Shown: piece by piece, positions 1-9,042 of the stretch
Layout: the number at the start of each line of letters is the position of its first letter
Position numbering within the stretch: position 1 is the stretch's first letter
Source of the DNA: a virus
Lineage: Duplodnaviria > Caudoviricetes
Direction: 5' to 3' (one strand)
IMG/VR virus record: IMGVR_UViG_3300042340_000122
Coordinates: 1 to 51,991 of that record
Length of the DNA stretch: 51,991 nt
Position numbers and translations under genes: made by a program
The notes under the pieces: model-generated
Told to the model about the DNA's origin: nothing
Databases searched by the model: none
Seen by the model: the letters and a program-made list of their open reading frames with translations, nothing else

Positions 1-922
1 CCTGAACGTCCGGGGCCTGAACTCCCTGCGTATAGATATTTCCACCCTGCACAGTCGGGGTCTTGGGACTTGCACCCAAGAGAGTAGCAACTCCCTGAGC
101 GGGGGCGTTGTACTGAAGCAATGCCTCGTTGGTCATTGCCTGACGTGCGTTCTGGGCAAGCTGAGCGTTCTGGAGTTCTTCCGAGATGATGCCCTGTCGC
201 GCCTGCTGTTGGACTTGGCCCTGCTGGAGTTGTTCAGCAATCGCTCGAGACCGTGCATCGGTTCCCAATCCATACATACGGGACTGTTCCTGCGCACCAG
301 CGCTCAGAGCATCCGCAGACAACCGCGCCATCTGTTCGTATTGCGAGCGGTTGAGACGGTCCATTTCTCCATTATAGGCCTCACCCGTGATGGGGAGGCC
401 CCGATTGGCGAGCATCTGCTGGGTGGCCCGCTGCTGGCTTTCAAACTCGGGGCGCATCAGGCTCATGCCGCGCTCAAACATGGCGTTCTGATAGCTATCC
501 CGATCAGCAGAGAAATCACCCGAGCCTGGAGCGTTCGGGACATTCGCCATGTTCAGCCCGTACATGTAGTCTGGGGCCCCGTTAAGGTCCAAACCAGTCG
601 TGTAGCCGGGGAGATTGGTGGGGAGGCCGAATGGGCCTGTGGGGACTGAACCCGCTAGCTGGGCTGCTGCATTACTCAGTGTTCCCTGCAATTGGGTCTG
701 GGCATCAAACGCGGCTTGCTGCTGGGGAGAGAGGCTAACCCTCTGCGCAATAGGAACGCCCTCGGAATCCTTATCGAACGTGATGTTACCGTAGGGCGTG
801 TATTGAGCGAGGTTGTTTAGCTTGGAGCTTTCCTTGGCAGACTTGATGTACGCATCCGCCTGCGCCTGACTGGTCTTGACTGGATCTGGCGCTGCGGGAG
901 CGCTACCGCTCGACTTACCCAA
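1..922 (-). CDS. Putative internal virion/DNA-ejection (pilot) protein, 3' partial
   Basis: Missing from the ORF track because it runs off the window. TTG start at 922 with AAGGAG SD; MGKSSGSAPAAPDPVKTSQAQ...QYTPYGNITF..., Gln/Ala-rich; follows nozzle and GNAT genes as in podoviruses. Confidence 0.75.
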   Translation of the reverse strand, partial: MGKSSGSAPAAPDPVKTSQAQADAYIKSAKESSKLNNLAQYTPYGNITFDKDSEGVPIAQRVSLSPQQQAAFDAQTQLQGTLSNAAAQLAGSVPTGPFGLPTNLPGYTTGLDLNGAPDYMYGLNMANVPNAPGSGDFSADRDSYQNAMFERGMSLMRPEFESQQRATQQMLANRGLPITGEAYNGEMDRLNRSQYEQMARLSADALSAGAQEQSRMYGLGTDARSRAIAEQLQQGQVQQQARQGIISEELQNAQLAQNARQAMTNEALLQYNAPAQGVATLLGASPKTPTVQGGNIYTQGVQAPDVQ

Positions 923-1391
923 CTTTGATCTCCTTGATCCACTTGCACTCGTCCTTCAGCATCCCGAGAACGAACGCATCATGCTTTCCGTCATACGCTT
1001 TGCGCGCCCTGCCTTCGATCCTGAAGCCAAGGCCCGTATTCAGTTTGATTGCTCGAGGGTTATTCTCCCCGATGATCAGTGTCATCCGCTCTAGCCCCTG
1101 TTGGACGAACGGATAGTGAAAAAGAGCCTTGAGAACACCCTTCCTGCACCACTTGGGGCTTGATGCAGCGAACGTCAGTTCGCAGTCGAATTGCCTCCAA
1201 CGGTGATAGACCGCCCCCGCTATGAGCTTATCCCCCTCGGATATGCCAATCGTTGTGAAGGGACCAAACTCCTCCACCCCCATCTTCTGGGGGAGAAGGG
1301 AGATCACGAATTCTGCGATCTCACAGTCTTTATTGAAAACGAGGTTTAGACGAGGCCGGCTGGTTTCATCACCATGCTTGAGGACCTCCAA
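915..1391 (-). CDS. GNAT-family acetyltransferase of the virion operon (start uncertain)
   Basis: LFHYPFVQQGLERM...NPRAIKLNTGLGFRIEGRARKAY GNAT motif; typical position after the nozzle gene; nearest in-frame starts are TTG 1391 or ATG 1283. Confidence 0.75.
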   Translation of the reverse strand: MEVLKHGDETSRPRLNLVFNKDCEIAEFVISLLPQKMGVEEFGPFTTIGISEGDKLIAGAVYHRWRQFDCELTFAASSPKWCRKGVLKALFHYPFVQQGLERMTLIIGENNPRAIKLNTGLGFRIEGRARKAYDGKHDAFVLGMLKDECKWIKEIKVG

Positions 1392-2884
1392 CTTACGCTT
1401 TGGGCTGACAGGGATACTCGCAACCTCATGGAAGCTGAGTAGCCCAGCCCGTTCACGCCTTGCCATCCCTTTACCGATTGGGTCGCTCCGCCCCATACAT
1501 CTACATCCCATATAGCCTCGTCCCAGATACCTCCGCTTGCAACAGCAGAAGTTGAGACGGATGAAGTTGGAACGGAGATGTCAAAATCCGTCCCGATTGA
1601 AATCAAAGCACCTGGATCGCTTACACATGCAAAGATAACACGCGCCATCGTGAAGTTCTTCAGACGATCCGAAGACCCGAAGAAATTCCATGCGGTCTGA
1701 GCGTCCGATACAATGGCGGCTCCGTTATCCGAATACCCATCATTGCACTTGTAGACCTTCCCATCCGTTCCACCCGCGTACAGGTCATCTTCAAACAGGG
1801 CAAAGATGGGAAAGTTCCAGCCCGTGAACTTGCACCATGATTGGGTGTCCGTATTCATCACATGCTGGTCAAATGCACTGGTTGACCGAGGCACATTGAA
1901 GATCAGCATTCGGCCACGGGGGTAGAAGATGGCCTGCCATCCAGTGTTATCCCGATAGAGGCGCATGGCCTCTGATACTGCGAGGCTGATCTTGTCTGAG
2001 AGATCAAGGCTTGACGGCTGCGTTCTTCCGAATGGGAGAACTTTGGTTAGAGGGGTGTAAGCCCCGTCCGTGATTGCAATCAGATCAGAACCAAACTGAA
2101 CAAGGCTGGAGCTTCCAATTGGGGGGCCGATGTAGAACGTCCCTACCCGGTTCCAATCCGTCGCAGATCCCGGATCAGACCCCTGATAGATAATCACCTC
2201 GCCCGAACTCAGGAAGAAGGCGATCAGATCGTCTTGGCCAGTTCCGCCGTCACTTGTGATTGTGCCTATGGCCTTGAGCACACCGCCGAAGGACCCAGTA
2301 TATTTCAAGGGGAACTTGGTAAGGCTCCCAGTGATTGCCTGTAACCCCGCGTACCAGAAGTTCAGCGTGTTCTTTTCAATAAAGAACAGACGCTCCTTGA
2401 ACACGGTAACGTCGGAGAGATTTGCAATGGTAAGGCCCGATCCGGTCCACGCTGTGGATATGAGGCTGGACCCATCATAATCCTGCGGGGCATCGGTTCC
2501 GTTTACGAGGAACAGTCGCTCGGAGAAGTTCACCCACTTCCAGCGGTTCTGGCTAAACCCAGTTCCAATGGTTGACGGGGTTGATGTGGAGACATCAATA
2601 AGTTTCCCATTCACCCCCGCGATGAGCTTCCGACTAGTTGCCGCCTTCCACTCCGCCAAGGTCTGAACGGAGAAGCTACCCTCCCCCGTATTGCAATGCA
2701 GCGTGTATCCGTTGCGGGATATTACATCTGACTGCCTCGGAAACCAGTTATCCAATATAACCGCGTCGGAAGGCTTCATGCTGTCGAGAGCATCTCGAGC
2801 GTTCCACCCACCCACCGGAGGCGGCAAGGGTCGCTCTACGGCTGCGGGACCGCGACTGACCTGCCTGCCTCGAACCTGGAGCAT
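1346..2884 (-). CDS. Tail nozzle / packaged-DNA stabilization protein (P22 gp10-like role)
   Basis: 512 aa beta-rich; PPPVGGWNARD...DNWFP N-terminus; position between adaptor and ejection genes. Confidence 0.7.
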   Translation of the reverse strand: MLQVRGRQVSRGPAAVERPLPPPVGGWNARDALDSMKPSDAVILDNWFPRQSDVISRNGYTLHCNTGEGSFSVQTLAEWKAATSRKLIAGVNGKLIDVSTSTPSTIGTGFSQNRWKWVNFSERLFLVNGTDAPQDYDGSSLISTAWTGSGLTIANLSDVTVFKERLFFIEKNTLNFWYAGLQAITGSLTKFPLKYTGSFGGVLKAIGTITSDGGTGQDDLIAFFLSSGEVIIYQGSDPGSATDWNRVGTFYIGPPIGSSSLVQFGSDLIAITDGAYTPLTKVLPFGRTQPSSLDLSDKISLAVSEAMRLYRDNTGWQAIFYPRGRMLIFNVPRSTSAFDQHVMNTDTQSWCKFTGWNFPIFALFEDDLYAGGTDGKVYKCNDGYSDNGAAIVSDAQTAWNFFGSSDRLKNFTMARVIFACVSDPGALISIGTDFDISVPTSSVSTSAVASGGIWDEAIWDVDVWGGATQSVKGWQGVNGLGYSASMRLRVSLSAQSVSWRSSSMVMKPAGLV

Positions 2885-3214
2885 TTACTTCCTGCGCTTT
2901 CGATTCCGTTTGGCCTCGCTGGCTGGGTAGTCACCAGTAGCGGCCCCAATTATGCCTCCAGCCGTAGTCATGGCGACTGGCGGAAGGATTCTCATCCCCT
3001 CGTCAAACTTTGGCTTAAATCGCCTGATTGCCCCGCGCCCCGCGCCGTAAGCCAAAGCACCAAGCGCTCCGCCAGCAAGCGTCCTCATGCCAGAGTTGAA
3101 CTCTTCATCCTTTAGCGCGCGCTCCAGTTTCTTTTGCTCCCTTCGGCTCCGAAAAGAGTCCTGTTCGTCAAGCGCTTTATCAAAGATGTCCCGATTGTCT
3201 TCTTTCTTCGCCAT
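2885..3214 (-). CDS. Small tagged glycine-zipper protein
   Basis: MAKKEDNRDIFDKALD tag, two Gly-rich hydrophobic segments, KRNRKRRK tail. Confidence 0.8.
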   Translation of the reverse strand: MAKKEDNRDIFDKALDEQDSFRSRREQKKLERALKDEEFNSGMRTLAGGALGALAYGAGRGAIRRFKPKFDEGMRILPPVAMTTAGGIIGAATGDYPASEAKRNRKRRK

Positions 3215-3217
3215 AGC

Positions 3218-4327
3218 CTATTTCCTTCTTTTTGGTGCGTTTACGATGGCGTCTTCAATGTCATCGCGTACCGATGCTGTCTTGGGTGTCGTTCCCTTTG
3301 GAAGATCAAAGGGCTTGCGGGGCTTCTTGGGAGGGCGGGGGTTTTCCCACGGCTCGACTGGCTTGCGAGGTGTTACCTTCGCACCCGTTGTCTCTGCTGG
3401 TTTGGCAAACATGCGCTTGATCGCACTGCCCGCCTTTGAAATCACTGGAGCCAAAATCCCACCTCCGATTGCACTTGCTGCCGCGAACGGTGCGATGGAT
3501 TCATCGTCCATCACCGCCTGCGCGCGTTTATCAAACCCACCCTCGGCCTCGCCTGCATCCATGATTGCAAGCGAACCTGCACCAGTGCCAGCAAAACTTG
3601 CTGCACCCTCAGCGGCTCTACCTGCCCCCGTGGCAGCCTCTGCAGGAAGCCCAATCACACGACGCCCGCCCTTGATAACCTTGTCCACGCCCTTTGTAAG
3701 CCCGGAGAAGATGGGGCCTCCAGAGAGAAGGCCTGCCGTGGTCCCCACCACACTGCGGGGGGAAAATGGAGCTTCGTATTGCGCATCTTCTTCCTTGATG
3801 CGACGGGCTTCTTTCAGGTTATCGTCGTATGAGCCTTGACCTGTGATGGCACCCGCTCCAGCCACCACCTCATCATCAAACCCGAGAAGCGGCCATGAGA
3901 GACCATTGAGTATCATTGCCTGATACTTTTCGTTCTCAGGGCGGGGGTCATTCTCATCCGCGTCCGCCATCTGCCAAGTTTCCGGAATCTCAGGCAGGAA
4001 CCATGACATATCGGGGTTGCCGTCCTTGTTGGACTGCTCCCACTTCTTCTTTCTGTATTCGTAAGAGGAACTATCATCAGCGTAGGGATCTTCGTACCCC
4101 ATCCCCTGAAGAACGCTGGACCACCACGACCTGTTATCCTGGTCCGGGTTGTTGGCGTAGTACGTTTCCTTCCGTTCCTTCATGGAGGCTTGGGTAAAGG
4201 GAAGATCAGCGTCGGTAATGGTTCCGTCCTGATACTTCTTGTAGAGAACCCTTGCCTCTTCCGGATGCTGCTCCGCCCACTGGGCGATCTGTTCTTCGCG
4301 CGAGAGTGAGGGCGGTCTGTACGGCAT
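3218..4327 (-). CDS. Paralog of the N-terminal domain of the ejection protein at 47766-49925
   Basis: ILNGLSWPLLGFDDEVVAGAGA vs ILNGLDNALFGFGDEVVAAGGA; MPY start; C-terminal SVRDDIEDAI...KRRK. Confidence 0.75.
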   Translation of the reverse strand: MPYRPPSLSREEQIAQWAEQHPEEARVLYKKYQDGTITDADLPFTQASMKERKETYYANNPDQDNRSWWSSVLQGMGYEDPYADDSSSYEYRKKKWEQSNKDGNPDMSWFLPEIPETWQMADADENDPRPENEKYQAMILNGLSWPLLGFDDEVVAGAGAITGQGSYDDNLKEARRIKEEDAQYEAPFSPRSVVGTTAGLLSGGPIFSGLTKGVDKVIKGGRRVIGLPAEAATGAGRAAEGAASFAGTGAGSLAIMDAGEAEGGFDKRAQAVMDDESIAPFAAASAIGGGILAPVISKAGSAIKRMFAKPAETTGAKVTPRKPVEPWENPRPPKKPRKPFDLPKGTTPKTASVRDDIEDAIVNAPKRRK

Positions 4328-4339
4328 CTACCCTACCCT

Positions 4340-4711
4340 CTAACGACGACGCGGCTTCTTGCGACGCGGCTGCTTGGGAATGACGATCTGGTACTGGCCG
4401 TCCTTGCGCAGCTTGAAAATCACGCCGTCATCGCGACGCATGTGCATTCGGCTGTTGTAGGATAACTGCCACGTTCCAGACCGTTCACTCCACGTGACAG
4501 GTTCGTATGTGCGACCTTCGCTGTCACGGTAGCGCTTAATCTCGCCGCCAAATGTGCGTTCAGGATAAATCTTGACGACCTTGGTCTGGATCTTGGGGCT
4601 CTTCTTTTTCTTTCCAAAGAAACTGGCCGGACCCTTGGCCCCCGTTGAGGCTGCTTTTGTTGTTGTAGATTTTATCGCGCGCTCAAGCGCAAAGCGAACC
4701 CCACTCGGCAT
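4340..4711 (-). CDS. Basic hypothetical protein with N-terminal VRFALERAI helix
   Basis: Fits the tightly packed operon; Lys/Arg-rich. Confidence 0.65.
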   Translation of the reverse strand: MPSGVRFALERAIKSTTTKAASTGAKGPASFFGKKKKSPKIQTKVVKIYPERTFGGEIKRYRDSEGRTYEPVTWSERSGTWQLSYNSRMHMRRDDGVIFKLRKDGQYQIVIPKQPRRKKPRRR

Positions 4712-4714
4712 GGC

Positions 4715-5200
4715 CTAAACTCCTGAATAGTCTTTGTAGAAGAATTGCTTTGGATCAACGGAGCGATTGTCTTTCCGCATCCCGAAGTGAAGGTGAGGGC
4801 CGGTGCTCCTGCCCGTCGTGCCGACATAGCCGAGGATGTCTCCCCGCTTGACCTCGCCGCCCCTCAATCCCTTCTCAGAGACCTTCTTCATGTGAAGGTA
4901 GCGGGTCTGATACCCGTCCGGATGTTTCACTGTGACCTTGTATCCACCAACTGGGTCCGGGGTATTTCCATCCACCCATCCATCTTCGGATGCATAGATT
5001 GGAGTGCCAGGGGAAGCGGCGTAATCAATGCCCTCATGAAGCATTGGCTTCTTCAGGATCGGATGCTCTCTCATGCCATACGGGGAAGAAACGAAGGAAT
5101 CATCGCGAATGGGAACATCCAGATCGGGAGATCCCTTCTTCATCATGGCTTTGACAAAACGCTCACGCGCCGCTCTGGCCTTGATCCCGTTGTATGGCAT
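4715..5200 (-). CDS. M23-family zinc metallopeptidase (peptidoglycan endopeptidase)
   Basis: HEGID and HLHF zinc motifs, YLHM, GTTGRSTGPHLHF; no signal peptide. Confidence 0.92.
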   Translation of the reverse strand: MPYNGIKARAARERFVKAMMKKGSPDLDVPIRDDSFVSSPYGMREHPILKKPMLHEGIDYAASPGTPIYASEDGWVDGNTPDPVGGYKVTVKHPDGYQTRYLHMKKVSEKGLRGGEVKRGDILGYVGTTGRSTGPHLHFGMRKDNRSVDPKQFFYKDYSGV

Positions 5201-5203
5201 GGG

Positions 5204-5494
5204 TTATTTCCGGCGCTTCTTGCCAGCCGGCATCCCGCCCATCTTCTGCCTTGCCACTTCGGCGCCGACCATTCCAATTGCGGCACCAGTTCCGCCGCCA
5301 AGAGTGCGCGCTCCAGCGTTCAGATCAAAATCCCTAAAGGTCCGCTTTGACTTGCCAAACTTGCCCCCGGTAAGACGCGCGCCTAAAGCGCCACCAGCTA
5401 GAGCGCCGACCGTGGTAAACAGCTGCTCGTCATCAAGAATTTTTTCGAACACGTCGCGGTTATCTTCTTTCTTCTTTGCTTTCTCTTTAGCCAT
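5204..5494 (-). CDS. Small tagged glycine-zipper protein
   Basis: KKEDNRDVFEKILDD tag; GALAGGALGA and GGGTGAAIG; KKRRK tail. Confidence 0.8.
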   Translation of the reverse strand: MAKEKAKKKEDNRDVFEKILDDEQLFTTVGALAGGALGARLTGGKFGKSKRTFRDFDLNAGARTLGGGTGAAIGMVGAEVARQKMGGMPAGKKRRK

Positions 5495-5507
5495 TGTACT
5501 TCTCCTG

Positions 5508-5951
5508 TTACCTGCGGCCTCGAGCGGCCTCGCGCTTCATGCGCCCCTCCATGTACGCCTTCTTCAGCATCTGGCCGAAGGGGGTGTTTCCATAAGGGCC
5601 TTCAATGATGGGGCGGATGGCATCGTCGTCGCCATTTACCCCTGCCTGATAAGCCCCCTGGATCATGCGGTCATGCTCTGCGGGGTCTTCAAACACTCCC
5701 GGAAACGCTTCATCCTGAGCTGGGCCTTCACCCGTGCGCTGACGGTTGAAACCGTCCACCGTTGGCTCTCCCGTCTCATAGGGCATCCCCGGGCGCACAC
5801 GCCTTGCACTGGCAGCAGATGGGCCAAAAGACGGGCCCTGAGGCTGGGCGGCGTAGTTCTCCATGCCCATCTCCCCACCTTCACCACCCTCACCGCCTTC
5901 AATTGCGGCGTAAATATCGTCACGCACTGACGGTGGGCGCTTCATTTTCAT
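5508..5951 (-). CDS. Hypothetical protein with N-terminal SVRDDIYAAI helix
   Basis: Operon packing; CAGGA SD-like sequence upstream. Confidence 0.7.
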   Translation of the reverse strand: MKMKRPPSVRDDIYAAIEGGEGGEGGEMGMENYAAQPQGPSFGPSAASARRVRPGMPYETGEPTVDGFNRQRTGEGPAQDEAFPGVFEDPAEHDRMIQGAYQAGVNGDDDAIRPIIEGPYGNTPFGQMLKKAYMEGRMKREAARGRR

Positions 5952-5967
5952 GTCTGTTTTTCCTGAA

Positions 5968-6324
5968 TTACTTACGAGTTTTTCTTACATAATCTCCGTA
6001 TGCGGCCCCTGCGCCAGCACCAACGCCGGCCCCAGCCAAACTTGCCCCCCTCAATGGGGCATCAATAAACTGCTCTTTGTTTTGTATGTCATTACGCTTT
6101 AGATTCTGTCTAACAGTTGGAGATTTTCCCTTGGAGTAACTCTTTGACTCGGCCAAAAGTTCTTTTCCATAGCGAACAGAATCTCTCGTTTTTTTTGAAA
6201 ACGCTTTTTTTATTGCACGCCCCCCAAATCTTCCAACAACACCACCAACCACAAGCCCGCCAGCGGGGCCAAGGTCATCAACAATCTTGTCGAACACGTC
6301 GCGGTTGTCTTCTTTCTTTGCCAT
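5968..6324 (-). CDS. Small tagged glycine-zipper protein
   Basis: MAKKEDNRDVFDKIVDD; GGLVVGGVVG and GAGVGAGAGA; RKTRK tail; GGAG SD. Confidence 0.8.
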   Translation of the reverse strand: MAKKEDNRDVFDKIVDDLGPAGGLVVGGVVGRFGGRAIKKAFSKKTRDSVRYGKELLAESKSYSKGKSPTVRQNLKRNDIQNKEQFIDAPLRGASLAGAGVGAGAGAAYGDYVRKTRK

Positions 6325-6326
6325 GT

Positions 6327-7025
6327 CTAACTCCAAGTTCCTTCAGGAATCCTGCCGCGCCCCAACCCCTGGAGCGTTGGGCCTACTGCATTGAGTTTGC
6401 GCCTCGTTCCATCGCGCGCAATGATCTTTGACTTTTCACGCTCGTACTCATCAAAGCGCTGCGTGTAGTCGAGACCCTTTGCCTCCAACCAGCGCCAGAC
6501 AACGCCGAGGGTCAGGAGGTGCTCGGATATCCTCCCCGTATCGCTATCAGCCGCCCATGCAGATTGGGCAGTTCCACCAGACGATTGGCACCATTTGTTG
6601 CTTACGTACTCGTAGTAGATGGATTGGCCGGCGGTTGGGGTCGGGAGGAAGTAAAACGAATTCCCCCTGATCCGGTATTGGCTCCAGACGGTTGAAACCA
6701 CCTGAGCCTTCTGCGCCTGCCAGCTTTGGGATGTGAGGGGTCCATAGACTGGATCAGTTGTTGACCTATTCCACAGCGTCTCGTTGATGATGCGGTCCAG
6801 GTCTGTCGGAAGCGTATGGCTGGTCTGCTCTTCCGTCGCCACTGTCGTGAACGAGGTTTCAGTCACCAAAGCCTGCCAGTCATGCTCACGCATCAACACA
6901 TCCCCGGTCATGTTGCTCAGGGCGAGGAGTTGTCTCTGCGTCTCTCCCGTGTTGCTGTAGACCGTGGTCGTGACAGGCAAGTTCAACATTGCCTGTGCAC
7001 GGTTTATGATGGAGAGCAAAGACAC
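6327..7025 (-). CDS. Head-to-tail adaptor (tail tubular protein A-like)
   Basis: MSLLSIINRA...HDWQAL...LPTDLDR...LTLGVVWRW...KGLDY pattern typical of podovirus adaptors. Confidence 0.7.
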   Translation of the reverse strand: MSLLSIINRAQAMLNLPVTTTVYSNTGETQRQLLALSNMTGDVLMREHDWQALVTETSFTTVATEEQTSHTLPTDLDRIINETLWNRSTTDPVYGPLTSQSWQAQKAQVVSTVWSQYRIRGNSFYFLPTPTAGQSIYYEYVSNKWCQSSGGTAQSAWAADSDTGRISEHLLTLGVVWRWLEAKGLDYTQRFDEYEREKSKIIARDGTRRKLNAVGPTLQGLGRGRIPEGTWS

Positions 7026-7028
7026 TGG

Positions 7029-7289
7029 CTAGCCTCCACGCGGCTTCGGAAACAGCGCCTTGCGGAGAGGATTGTTCGCCTCCAGCGCCTTTTCGAACAC
7101 GTCGCGCGTATCAAGGGGATTTACTACCTTGATGGGCTTGCGCATCGGTCCGGTCTTCTGAGAGGGGCGGTACGGCATGGTCTTGGCCGTTCCACCCATT
7201 CCCGGCTTATAGGGCATCGTTTTGGTCGTGCCCGTCCCCGGCTTGTACGGCATCTTGGCGTAATCGCCGGGTCGCATTGTGTTGGCCAT
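7029..7289 (-). CDS. Small basic protein with 3x MPY[KR]P repeats and C-terminal DTRDVFEKAL tag
   Basis: ATG at 7289 just after the upstream stop at 7294; tag motif. Confidence 0.75.
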   Translation of the reverse strand: MANTMRPGDYAKMPYKPGTGTTKTMPYKPGMGGTAKTMPYRPSQKTGPMRKPIKVVNPLDTRDVFEKALEANNPLRKALFPKPRGG

Positions 7290-7293
7290 GTTC

Positions 7294-7647
7294 TTACGAA
7301 GCCACGGTAGGAATGGTGTGGCACGCCGTACCGCTCGAGAAGAACACCACAACGCTCTTGGCCGTCGCCATGGAAAGCGACGTGGTGGCGTTGATGGTCG
7401 CACCCGTGGGCGGGTAGAGGGTCAAGGTCGATCCGCTTTCATTCTTGATGAGGTAGGTGTCGCCCTTGTCCGAAGCCGGCAGGATCATCCCGCCTGATCC
7501 GGATGCCATAAGGACCAACTCACCCGTGATCTTTGCCGCATCCGTGGCGCTCGATCCCGCTGCCGCGAGGGACTGAACCTCCCCAACCGTGGCAACTGCC
7601 TGAAGCGCCGAAACGCCCGAGTTCATCAACTTCTTCTGCCTAGCCAT
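7294..7647 (-). CDS. Putative virion structural protein
   Basis: Ala/Ser/Thr-rich, 117 aa, in the head cluster. Confidence 0.6.
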   Translation of the reverse strand: MARQKKLMNSGVSALQAVATVGEVQSLAAAGSSATDAAKITGELVLMASGSGGMILPASDKGDTYLIKNESGSTLTLYPPTGATINATTSLSMATAKSVVVFFSSGTACHTIPTVAS

Positions 7648-7653
7648 ATTACT

Positions 7654-8283
7654 TTACTCCTTCGCCTTCCTGGCTCTTGGTTCAACCGTGGTTTCGGATT
7701 CTCGGTCCTTAACCGCTTGCACAAGCTGTTCCATCTGGTTCTGCATGAGCTCCAGACGCTGCTTCAGTTCCCTGTTTTCCACTTCGAGTTTGGCAATCGG
7801 GGCCGCGCTCTTTGCACTTTCGATAAATGCCTTTGCCTTCTCGCGCATATCGCGCAGGCCAATGGCCCCAGGCTTGGAAATCGAGCTATCGCTCAGTGCG
7901 GCTAGCTGCTGGACAGTGAACACGTTCATGTACTCCAGAGCCTTGGCCATCTCGGTCGGGATTAGCGGCCAGAGGGAAAGGGGAATTCCATCTCCAATCA
8001 TGTCCGGATTGATGCGCTTGGACTTCCACATCGCGTATTCATTGGGAAACTGGTCCTTGACGCCCTGCGTCACGCGCTTGACGGGAGAGTTTCCCTTGTC
8101 CCCTGCGATCAGGAGTTCGACAAACTCAATTGTGCGAAATACGGGGAGCCCATTCTCATCAATCTCGTTGGTCTTCTTTGTTTCTTCAAAGAAGCGCGGC
8201 GTGATGTGCGCCATGTTGTCCTTCTTCGGCATTCTCTGCTGAAGAGCGACGCGGTCGTGCAATTCCATATTGTCAAAAGACAT
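7654..8283 (-). CDS. Phage hypothetical protein with C-terminal coiled coil
   Basis: 209 aa; GIPLSLWP...FTVQQLAALSD; SD present. Confidence 0.65.
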   Translation of the reverse strand: MSFDNMELHDRVALQQRMPKKDNMAHITPRFFEETKKTNEIDENGLPVFRTIEFVELLIAGDKGNSPVKRVTQGVKDQFPNEYAMWKSKRINPDMIGDGIPLSLWPLIPTEMAKALEYMNVFTVQQLAALSDSSISKPGAIGLRDMREKAKAFIESAKSAAPIAKLEVENRELKQRLELMQNQMEQLVQAVKDRESETTVEPRARKAKE

Positions 8284-8344
8284 TGGATCTTCCTTCTGTA
8301 CTTTAAGACTTCCGCCGGAATTGGCGGAGTGGTCTTGAGGCTAG

Positions 8345-8524
8345 TTAAATGCGAAAGACCTTCTCGAACACATCGCGTGTGTCTTGGTCTGGGGTGGGGG
8401 CGATAATCAGTCGCCGCCTCTCACGCAGGATCTGGTCCGGCCCTGATTCAATGGGTGGTCTTGGCTTTGGTCTTGGAGCAGGAACCGGACGCTTGGGCGC
8501 GGGTTTCTTCGGAGCCTGTTTCAT
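8345..8524 (-). CDS. 59-aa Pro/Lys-rich protein with C-terminal DTRDVFEKVF tag
   Basis: Translated manually (below the ORF-track cutoff): MKQAPKKPAPKRPVPAPRPKPRPP...DQDTRDVFEKVFRI. Confidence 0.75.
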   Translation of the reverse strand: MKQAPKKPAPKRPVPAPRPKPRPPIESGPDQILRERRRLIIAPTPDQDTRDVFEKVFRI

Positions 8525-8527
8525 GTG

Positions 8528-8782
8528 TTACTTGCGGCGCTTACTTTTGTTGATGTCATTTTTGATTGCCGCGCCAGCAAACCCGCCTGCCGTTGCGCCA
8601 TACATTCCGGCTAATCCTGCCTGTGCGGCAGATGAAGTTCTACCGCTACCCTCACTCCTGCCAATTTTGTACATCTTGCGTCCAGCAAGCGAGCCACCCA
8701 GCACGGCTCCAATTAATGGAGCGTTGTCCAATGCTTTTTCAAAGATGTCTCGATTGTCTTCTTTGCGCTTTTTCTCAGCCAT
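8528..8782 (-). CDS. Small tagged glycine-zipper protein
   Basis: MAEKKRKEDNRDIFEKALD; GAVLGGSLAG and GMYGATAGGFAG; KSKRRK tail. Confidence 0.8.
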   Translation of the reverse strand: MAEKKRKEDNRDIFEKALDNAPLIGAVLGGSLAGRKMYKIGRSEGSGRTSSAAQAGLAGMYGATAGGFAGAAIKNDINKSKRRK

Positions 8783-8787
8783 AACCT

Positions 8788-9042
8788 TCACCTTTCAATC
8801 TCGGGAGAGCCGACAACCACCTGCGTCGCAGGTCCACGCTGCGCCCACTCTCCGCACCACTCGGCCTCTTTTGTCCAAGGCCATGAACCCACCCAGATAT
8901 CCCGCTTGGAATCTATGCAGCGGGAAGACGTTTCCGGCTTTCCAACCCGGCACCGCCCCCACTTGATGGATTGGATATCTACCTTTTCATTCCCCCAATA
9001 ACGGCAGGATGAGCAGTTTTCTGACATCGCTATATCCCTCAA
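8788..9042 (-). CDS. Small Cys-rich hypothetical protein
   Basis: CSSCRYW...GRC...WP.T...WCGEW pattern. Confidence 0.6.
   Translation of the reverse strand: MRDIAMSENCSSCRYWGNEKVDIQSIKWGRCRVGKPETSSRCIDSKRDIWVGSWPWTKEAEWCGEWAQRGPATQVVVGSPEIER

Noticed and set aside
8303-8338. Hairpin TCCGCC-GGAATT-GGCGGA as a terminator
   Set aside because: No U-tract on the coding (minus) strand; may be a processing or stability hairpin, but unsupported
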